Shown here one piece after another: positions 55,258 through 64,000 of a stretch of 64,000 bases of DNA (positions within the stretch are counted from its first letter, which is position 1; the number at the start of each line of letters is the position of its first letter). Under the pieces are notes generated by a model. The model had not been told where the DNA came from and did not search any database. It saw nothing but the letters and a program-made list of their open reading frames with translations. Location: positions 40,548,001 to 40,612,000 of the forward strand of contig OX597838.1 in the NCBI GenBank assembly GCA_951406725.2. Direction: 5' to 3'. Source of the DNA: Octopus vulgaris (taxonomy: Eukaryota). A program made the position numbers and the translations under genes.

Positions 55258-55837
55258 TATCCTTAATCTGTTTGCTTGTTTTACTCGTTTGATGGCCGCC
55301 ATGCTGGAGCACAGCATTTAAAGGATTTAGTCAAACCTAACAATCCCAGAAGATTTCGTTGACGCTGGGGTACGTAGACGTAAACAAACGAACACCGATC
55401 GTCTGTTAGGGAGGAATCAAACACAGCACAAGAAAAAAGACACTGCGATGGCCGAGTGAAATGGCGGTGAAGGTGGTGGAGGAGTGTCTGCTTTGGTCTG
55501 TGTTATTATAAAGGAAATGCTTGTCGAAGTTAACATCATGAGTGGAGCGCGAACCTGAAACCCCTGTCTCCCTTAAGACACAAACATCTTAACCACACAC
55601 CCTCCTCATACCTGGATTCCATCAATTCTATTTAGTACCAGCCAATAGAATTATGATGTGTTCTGCACCATGTTATGTCATTTCACATAAAACTTTCAAA
55701 TAAATATTTTATGATACCAATGACAATGTCGTACTCCTTTCTATGCTTTCATTTTGGGTTGGTTTTTTTTTGGTATTTTTTATTTTACTCCCTTGTATTA
55801 CCTGTATATATCGAACACAACTGGCACTACAACTAGC

Positions 55838-55870
<33 letters not shown>

Positions 55871-56239
55871 ATTTTCCCCTCCCACTTGTTCATTTCGTTT
55901 CTCTACCTTAATAAAAGATTATGTTTTCCTGTAATGCCTGCTTCAATATATAAAGATACGTCGCCTTTTTGTTTTCTTCTGTTTTTACGTATAAGCGAGG
56001 AAACATTGCTAATGTTCTACGTGGTTCCTGCAAGTAGTTTCTTTATTTGCAGTTATATTTTTGATTTATATTGTTCGTTCCTGTATTTTCTGTTATTCTT
56101 TTCCTCATCATCGTCATTATTGTTATCATTTTCCGTCATCATCATCATCATCTTTATCATCATTTATCGACTGCATCCCCCAATTGCGTCGGACGTATTG
56201 AAGGCCGCGCTGGGTAATCTCATTAATTATAGAGAATTA

Positions 56240-56291
56240 TATATAAATACATGTGCATATATATGTGTGTATGTATATATAAATGCATGTA

Positions 56292-56337
<46 letters not shown>

Positions 56338-56338
56338 A

Positions 56339-56381
<43 letters not shown>

Positions 56382-56571
56382 ATAAATACATGTATATATA
56401 TATATATATACATATACATAAATACATGTTTATATATATGTAAATACATGTATATATATGTATATATATATATAAATACATACATATATATATATATAAA
56501 TACATGTATGTATATATATATAAATACATGTATATATATATATATATATATAAATACATGTATATATATAA

Positions 56572-56616
<45 letters not shown>

Positions 56617-56945
56617 AATACATGTATATATATATAAATATATGTACATATATAATATATATATGTATATATATATTATATATATATACATATATAATAT
56701 ATATATGTATATATATATATTATATATATATACATATATACATAAATACATGTATATATATAAATATATATATATATATATACACACATAAATACATGTA
56801 TATGTATATATATAAATATATGTATATATATTATATAAATATATATATGTATAAATATATATATATAGACAGAGAGATAGATAGATAGATATAGATATAT
56901 ATATATATACATAAATGCATGTATATATATATATAAATATATATG

Positions 56946-56986
<41 letters not shown>
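56240..56986. repeat. (TA)n satellite with recurring AAATACATG units
   Basis: Seen directly in the sequence. Confidence 0.95.
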
Positions 56987-56988
<2 letters not shown>

Positions 56989-57932
56989 TCTCTCTTTTAC
57001 TTGTTTCAGTCATTTAACTGCAGCCATGCTGGATCACCGCCGTTAATCGGGCAATTTTTTGTCCTCAGCCTTTTCTGTCGAAGAGCATAGGCTCGAAATG
57101 TCAAAGACATCCCCATTCTTCCCGGGTGTCAAACTTGTTGTTCCCTTGCCTGTCTTCGTCTTCTGTTTTGCTTCACACACACACCGCTTTCCTGCCGAGC
57201 CGACATATACGTTCGGCTATTTAACCAGTCAGAATTAACTGTAGAAATACAATAGTAACAACACCATACGAGCTGTTGACAGCCCGTCTCTTTTTTTTTT
57301 TTTTTTGTCTTTGAGCTTCACAATCATACTTACTGCTTTCTTTTTCACAATCTACGGGAACTACACGCTCGCCCCACCATCAATTACTTCGGCAATAGGA
57401 AGTTTTCCCATGAGGGAAATACCAAATTCACCGCACCTTTTTTCTTCCAATCCCATAAAGAAAATCGTAATAGCCTTCCATATATCGCTTTTTCCTTTTC
57501 CGTCTCTCTATCGCTCTGTGACTCTTTATCAATTACCCTCTCTTTAATCCCTCCCTTTGCTGCTCTTTCTATCCTCTCCATCTATCCCTTTATTACGTCA
57601 CACAGTTGCACATGTTACATCAGCCACCATTTTGACATGTTCACATACTTCCATCAGCGGTGTGGCCTTAATCCTCCTCTTAAATATTCCATCCACCATC
57701 TCTAATTCATCTTGTCTGAATTGAATCACAAACAACATAAAACCTGCCTCAAGACTCCATATATTATTGGACAATTCGGTCAAACCATTCTATTCAACCA
57801 ATTTACTTTTGTTTCGCTCTTTATTTATTTTCTGTCGCAAATAGCACAAATCCAATACTATACCTGCCTGTTCAAGATGAATACTTACGTGTATGTGCGG
57901 GTGAGTGTATATATTGATACATACATGCAATA

Positions 57933-58002
<70 letters not shown>

Positions 58003-58163
58003 CATACATACTTATATATACAAACACATACATATACATACATACAAATACATACATTCATACATACACATACAGACATATATACATATATATATATATA
58101 CATACATATATATATATATACATTTACATACATACATATATACAAATACATACATATATACAA

Positions 58164-58218
<55 letters not shown>

Positions 58219-58470
58219 CATACATAATCATATACACATACATCATACACACTATACACGTAAGTACTCTCTCTCACACATACAGATATAGACAGAATGT
58301 GTGTGTTTGAGAGAGAGTGAGAAAGAGAGAGCGAGAGAAACTCTATTCAGTGGAGCGCCATATGATTTCCCCAGCCGCTCTCATCTACATTTCTTTTCAT
58401 ACAGAATATCGAAATGTTTCTTAAAACCATATTTTGATCCATTTCTTTTCTATTAATGGTTTTATTATAC

Positions 58471-58638
58471 CAAAGTAGTTGTTAGGAATTTATCTATCTG
58501 ATTCCAATCAGAAATGTCAATCTGCGTAGCGGGGCCGTTCAGCTTCTCAGTAAATATTCTCCTAAGCAATTTCTGCATGTTGTTCAGGTAAAGCGACCGC
58601 TCTAGAGAGTGTTCGTTCTCTTCATTTATTTTCTTCAA
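58471..58638 (-). CDS. Candidate internal coding exon (168 nt, phase 0-0) of an unknown gene
   Basis: CCTTTTCAG|TTG acceptor and TTG|GTATAA donor around 56 open codons, LKKINEENEHSLERSLYLNNMQKLLRRIFTEKLNGPATQIDISDWNQIDKFLTTTL, in non-repetitive DNA. Confidence 0.45.
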
Positions 58639-60241
58639 CTGAAAAGGCTGAATACTCTGGTAAAGCATTATTATTGATATTATTTGCGATGTGGCTCAAG
58701 GAGGAATAAAAATATAAATAAAAATAAAACAAGAAAGCGTTCAGCATACTAAGTACAAACATGACAGAGTCTCTTATATATCAGATGTAATATAGTGAGT
58801 TGTAAAACGTCGGTCAACTGAGATTAGTCAAACAATAAATAGATTTTTAAAACAAAGGCGCTCTCTCGAGTAGTATTGAACCTATGAAAACAATATTGAG
58901 ATCGATTGATCGATTTATTTGGATAATAAAGACATACAGTTTGGCATTAATTTAGTCCTTGTCTTTAAAAGCAACTAACGAAAGCGTGCAACATGTTTCC
59001 CTTTGATTAGACCTCCTCAGTGATGTATATGGAAATAGAGAACTTCAATTTAGTTTTAACTGTGTTCTAAGCAAAAAAATGAATGATGAGATGAATAGGG
59101 GGTCTGCTGAGTGAGGCTCAGCAGCAACGATGCCCCATGGATTACCCATAGCCTATTTGTTGAATGTAAACTAGAAGCACTAAACAAATCACAACGGAAT
59201 AGAATGCATTGATTAACAAGTTATTGTGGATGGGATTGTTTAGCCTTATATTGGCCCTGATAAAGAAGACTTAACGCCAAAGACTCTTCAGTCGTGACCA
59301 ACACTTCGTTTATTATATACAGGTGTTCTTCCCTTTATAGACTGATTTGAGGAATATTTGGTTGTAATTTTTAGCAGGATGAATATTTGCTTAACGCTTC
59401 CTCGTTTAATCCTGAACCAGAAAGTAGCGTATTGGGAAGTGAAGCTTTGATAAAATAATCACATTGTTATATTTTAAACCGTTTTATGTCTGTAGCAAAA
59501 ACGTAAGGACATCGTCTCAGAAGTGTCAGCATCATCCAAATGGGGCTTGGGGTTGCATCATATATGAATCCAGCAACTATTCGAATAAGAAAATAGTCTC
59601 TGACTGCGATTAGAAAGCCTAGTCTTTTAGATCAAGCGTCAGATTTGTTTCTTAATCCTCGCTCACAGACTATGAGACCATCCTGCGGACCGTGAAGGGA
59701 TGCGTTAGCTGTATATTCCGTGTATATTTGCAATAACTGTTGTGTCGTCAATGAAAAACGAAATTGCAATGGCAAAGAAGGAAGCTTTCAAAGCCTTTGT
59801 AAATGTAAGTTGCGCACGTTTTGCGATAGCGAGCTACGTTACGCACGGTTAGTTACCGCTTGTATGCGAATAGTCACTGAGAGGGAATAATTGATCGCAT
59901 CCTCACTGTAGTGTGTGTATACGTGCGTATGCGTGTGTGTTTGGAACATCATTAATGTACTGGAGAAATAATGCGGGTTATGGTCAGATGATGAGAGAGA
60001 CAAACGTTGATAAAATGGGAACCGAAGAGAATCTGACGAGAAAATTTCAAATTGAAGAGAGAAGAGAAGGGAGCAGATAAAGTAAAGACGTAAATATTAC
60101 TAGTACGAAATACACTTTTACTTTCTTCGAAAATCTCGAGAGAGGGAGAGAGAGAGAGGGAGACAGACAGACAGGCAGGCAAGCAGGCAAGCAGACAGAC
60201 AGATAGACAGACATCTCGTTTCTTTCTCTCTTGAGATTACT

Positions 60242-60472
60242 TATTTCTTTATTACCTACAAGGAGCTAAACATAGAGAGGACAAACAAGGACAGACATAG
60301 GTATTAAGTCAATTACATCGACCCCAGTGCGTAACTGGTACTTAATTTATCGACCCCGAAAGGATGAAAGGCAAAGTCGACCTCGGCGGAATTTGAACTC
60401 ACAACGTAACGGCAGCCGAAATACCGCGAAGCATTTCGCCGACGCGCTAACGTTTCTACCAGCTCGCCGCCC
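60242..60472 (-). mobile_element. SINE family C with 9-bp TSD
   Basis: TSD GAGATTACT at 60233-60241 and 60476-60484. Confidence 0.92.
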
Positions 60473-60483
60473 CTAGAGATTAC

Positions 60484-60607
60484 TGATGGCTACGCAAGGT
60501 TGAGAAAGATTGAAAATGATAAACAAAAGAAATTAAGTTTGCGATTATTTCCCTGATTGTTGGAGCTGGTGGAGGACACACAGACATGTGTTCCTCTAAT
60601 ATAGGAT
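60484..60607 (-). CDS. Candidate coding exon (124 nt, phase 1-2)
   Basis: TTCTACTTTTAG| acceptor and CA|GTAATC donor. Open frame PILEEHMSVCPPPAPTIREIIANLISFVYHFQSFSTLRSH, phase-compatible with the exon at 63576-63635. Confidence 0.35.
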
Positions 60608-60674
60608 CTAAAAGTAGAAACTATTAGGGTTGATGTAAACATGGCTTTGCAATTATGTGCGTTTCGAATTTCAT

Positions 60675-60970
60675 TGTGCGTCACCTTGGGCAAGACTTTT
60701 CAACTATAGCCCTAGGCCGACCAAAGCCTTTGTGAGTGAATTTGGTTAACGGAAACTGAGTGGAATCCCGCTGTATACATGTGTGTGTACGCATATATAT
60801 ATATGTATGTGTTTGCCTCCATTCCATTCTGCTTGTTTGTGCATTTAATTCCGCGGTTCGGAAAAAGACCTACAAAACAATCGCCTGACATTCGTCCTGC
60901 GATTGACGTGTTCGACTAAGCCCTTTCAGTTGGTGCCCCAGCATGGCCCCACTTCAAGGATTGGAACACA
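60675..60970 (+). mobile_element. Old SINE A-related copy
   Basis: CCTTGGGCAAG..GGCCGACCAAAGCC..GGTGCCCCAGCATGGCC. Confidence 0.8.
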
Positions 60971-61114
60971 AGATTTTTAAAAAATGGAAGAAAACAATGA
61001 ATTAGGAAAAGCATATTCGTGGGTGAGGGGTGGGGTAGCAGCATTCGGACTGGTTGTGGCTGGGTTCAAAGTTTTCACATTTGTCAACTGGACGCCTGGT
61101 CGGGTAGCATTATC

Positions 61115-61490
61115 TTTTACTTTTTTCAATCAGTAGAGTGCGACCATGCTGGGGCACCGCCTTGAAGAATTTTAGTCGAACGACTTTTTTAAAACCTGGT
61201 AGTTATTCTGTCGAGATTTTTTGCCGAACTGCTACGTACCGGGATGCAAACACTCCAACACCGCTTGGCAAGTGGTTGTGGGGCACAAATACAAATACAT
61301 CTAGCCACACACACACACACACACACACATGACAGGATTCTCTCAATTTTCGTCTACCAAATCTACTCACAAGGCTTTGGCCGACCCGGGGCTATAGTTG
61401 AAGATACTTGCCCAAGGTGCCATGCAGTGGGACTGAACCTGGAACCATGTGACTGAGATGGCGATCTTCTTACCACATGGCCACGCTTGC
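61115..61490 (-). mobile_element. Old SINE A-related copy, inverted relative to 60675-60970
   Basis: CATGCTGGGGCACCGCC ... CCCAAGGTGCCATGCAGTGGGACTGAACC. Confidence 0.85.
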
Positions 61491-62935
61491 GTTTATATAT
61501 TTTTTTCTCTAGTTTTAGCTCAGAGTTGCGGCCATGCTGATGCACCGCCGTTAAATCTTATGGAAAATCACATTTTCTGTTGACACCACGCTCGGTACAT
61601 TCGTCAATAAGTGGTATCCGTGTCAGTGTATAGATGTATTATCGCTTTGTTATTATTGTTGTTATTATTGTTGTTATAACTCTGTATTGTTGTTGGTGTT
61701 GTGCAGTTATTCAATGACGTTGAATGGAGTCTGTTTCCGCTTTGACATTAGAAATAAAATTATCATAATTTAGGTAATATAAAATCACATCTGGATATTA
61801 CAGAAAATACATGAATAAGTTGTTGATAAGAATCAACTGAGTTATGTGATAGCTTGAAAGGGAAGTGGCCTCCTTGATACAAACCCTAATCAGACCCTTG
61901 GTGCATATAACGGTGAAGCAGAACAACTTTGTAAATATCCAGATTAAATTTGCAACCAGTTGAGAATTTCTTTAGTTCGATCCTACGAGATAGTTCATAG
62001 GCTGACACTCTGGTAGAAATAGCAATCAAATATTCCTCATTGTATGATACAGTCCTGAATTCCCTACACACAGGAAAAGAACGAGATGGTCACGAGTAAA
62101 ATGCTTTTAAGCATAATTCTGTTCACTTGGAATTGACCAAGAGTTAAACAAAAGGCTATAACAAACCTCGAAATGGTCAAAAGTATAAAATGTAAAAATA
62201 AATTTGAAATCATGCTATTTCACTCAGATTAGATTTAAATTAAGTTTAAATTTACTCTAAGGATTTTAAATTAAAGGTTTTATGACGACAATAATTTTAT
62301 TAAAAATGAATTTACTCCTAATTTTTATGAAGTTATTAATATGATGTTTTGAAATATTTAAGCAGTGAAAATAGTCCATACAGAAGAGTGTTGCTTAACA
62401 CCTTGAAAGTATTTCGTTACACGCTTGGGAAAACATTTCATACACGCTTGGGAAAGGCATGAAAATTTCAACATCTCCAGCTTCAGTTAATTACATATAT
62501 AAAACATTATATAATGTAATGTCAAACCGAAAAACAAGAAGCCCATAATACACAATTGATAATGCTATTAAAGTTTTGAATATTATTAGCTAGTTTAATC
62601 GTAGTCATAGAGTAATATATTGCTTGCAATAATGTTTATAGTAAGACAATTAATATTTGCTGATATCGATTTCATATACGCAGCAACGAAATCAATGATC
62701 AGATGTCTAGAATTAAATAAACAATAAATATACAGAATGAAATGGCTACGACACCCAGATTAACAGAAGCAAAAACTCTACAGACTACTGTCGGCGGAAC
62801 CGTAAAATAAAATCATGTTGTGCTGATATTGCTGCTGCTGCCGCTTGTACCTAATCAATAAGTTTTTAAATCTACTAAATAAGTTTATTGTTGTCGATGT
62901 TACTATTCCTGCTATGGTGGTTGTTGTTGTTATTA

Positions 62936-63385
62936 GGCGAACTTAAAGAATTGTTAGCACGCCGGACAAAATGCTTAGCGGCATTTCGTCTGTCCGTTCA
63001 AATGCCACCCGTGGTCATCTTTGCCTTTCATGCTTTCGAGGTTGATAAATTAAGTACCAGTTGTGTACTGGGGCCTATGTAATCGACTTACTCCCTCGCC
63101 CCGAATTGCTGGTATTATGCCAAAATTTGAACCCATGGTTGCTGTTGTTGTTGTGGCTGTTGTTATTGTTGTTGTTGTTAGGTGGCCAGCAGGCGGGATC
63201 GTTAGAGTGTCAGAAAAAATGCTCTGTGACAAGCGCTGCGGTTTTTTGCGTTCTGAGTTCAAATCCCGCTGAGGTTAGGTTTACCTTTCATCCTTTCGGA
63301 GTTCATAAAGTAAAGAGGCCGATCTAAGCAACTCACTTCCTCCCTCTAAACTTACTTGCCTCTTGCCAAAATATGAAACAGTTAT
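62936..63385 (+). mobile_element. Two older SINE C-related copies in tandem
   Basis: GTTAGCACGCCGGACAAAATGCTTAGCGGCATTTCG and GAGTTCAAATCCCGCTGAGG..CCTTTCATCCTTTCGG. Confidence 0.75.
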
Positions 63386-63389
63386 TATA

Positions 63390-63570
63390 GGTGTTTAGTA
63401 TTGTTTCAGATCTGACCGAGGAGACCTTTACCTAAAAGCATTCCAGCTGTGACCATCCCGTTTTCAAAACATATACAACTACACCATTTAATCTCTCACT
63501 TCAATTTTAAAAGAGAGCAAGGGAGTTGGTTCGAGGGTGATTAGGCTGCTATAGCGAGTAAGCTACAGAG
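63390..63570 (-). mobile_element. Old interspersed repeat family D
   Basis: CATTCCAGCTGTGACCATCCCG and GAGGGTGATTAGGCTGCTAT motifs. Related degenerate copies at about 33530, 41170, 44365-44570, 59235-59410 and 61990-62150. Confidence 0.6.
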
Positions 63571-63575
63571 CTTAC

Positions 63576-63635
63576 TTGATATCTCATGACCCTCACTTTT
63601 CACTGGATTGTCTTCTTTAGTGTGTGGCAGAAGAT
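63576..63635 (-). CDS. Candidate coding exon (60 nt, phase 1-1)
   Basis: Strong TTGTTCCACCTTTCAG| acceptor and CAA|GTAAGC donor. The only open frame is LLPHTKEDNPVKSEGHEIS. Confidence 0.4.
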
Positions 63636-63836
63636 CTGAAAGGTGGAACAAACTGAATACGAACGGATTATAAAAACGCAACAATAAAAAATAGTTTCTT
63701 AAAAATATTTTCTTAGTTTTCTTATCAAATGACAGATAGAGTATAAATTACTGCTTTATATAACACATTATTACTCATAACATACAGAAATGATTACTTA
63801 TAACATACAGAAATAGCCACAACACTATACATATAC

Positions 63837-63957
<121 letters not shown>

Positions 63958-64000
63958 TATCTACTTGTGTGTAAACATATACGTATCTGATCTGTGAGTA

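Noticed and set aside
59630-59740. Minus-strand peptide YTEYTANASLHGP resembling the DEG/ENaC HG motif
   Set aside because: The frame is closed by stops on both sides and no transmembrane segment follows.

Overview
AT-rich eukaryotic, repeat-dominated DNA. The SINE, LINE and microsatellite repertoire looks like an Octopus (coleoid cephalopod) genome; this is my inference from pattern recognition, not a database hit. Almost every ORF in the supplied track is an artefact of (TA)n, (CA)n, (TAA)n or (CCA)n tracts. The real content is mobile-element debris: at least four tRNA-derived or SINE-like families (labelled A-D here), a 5'-truncated RTE LINE with an 11-bp TSD, two CR1-group LINE fragments, a 4.7-kb same-strand pile-up of R4/Dong elements in (TAA)n, a HERO-like RLE LINE 3' end, Tc1 and mariner relics, non-autonomous Helitrons, Penelope-like termini, and several long inverted repeats. 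I recognise no host gene, but a chain of splice-bounded open exons on the minus strand (about 57.6-63.6 kb) may be the 3' end of an unannotated gene. Three observations stand out. (1) The 3' UTR of the HERO-like LINE holds all hammerhead-ribozyme core nucleotides in a non-circularly-permuted, pseudoknot-like order (43501-43557). (2) A CR1-group LINE 3' tail is shared with SINE A and has compensatory changes in its terminal hairpin. (3) A 302-bp-arm foldback lies at 7238-7917.
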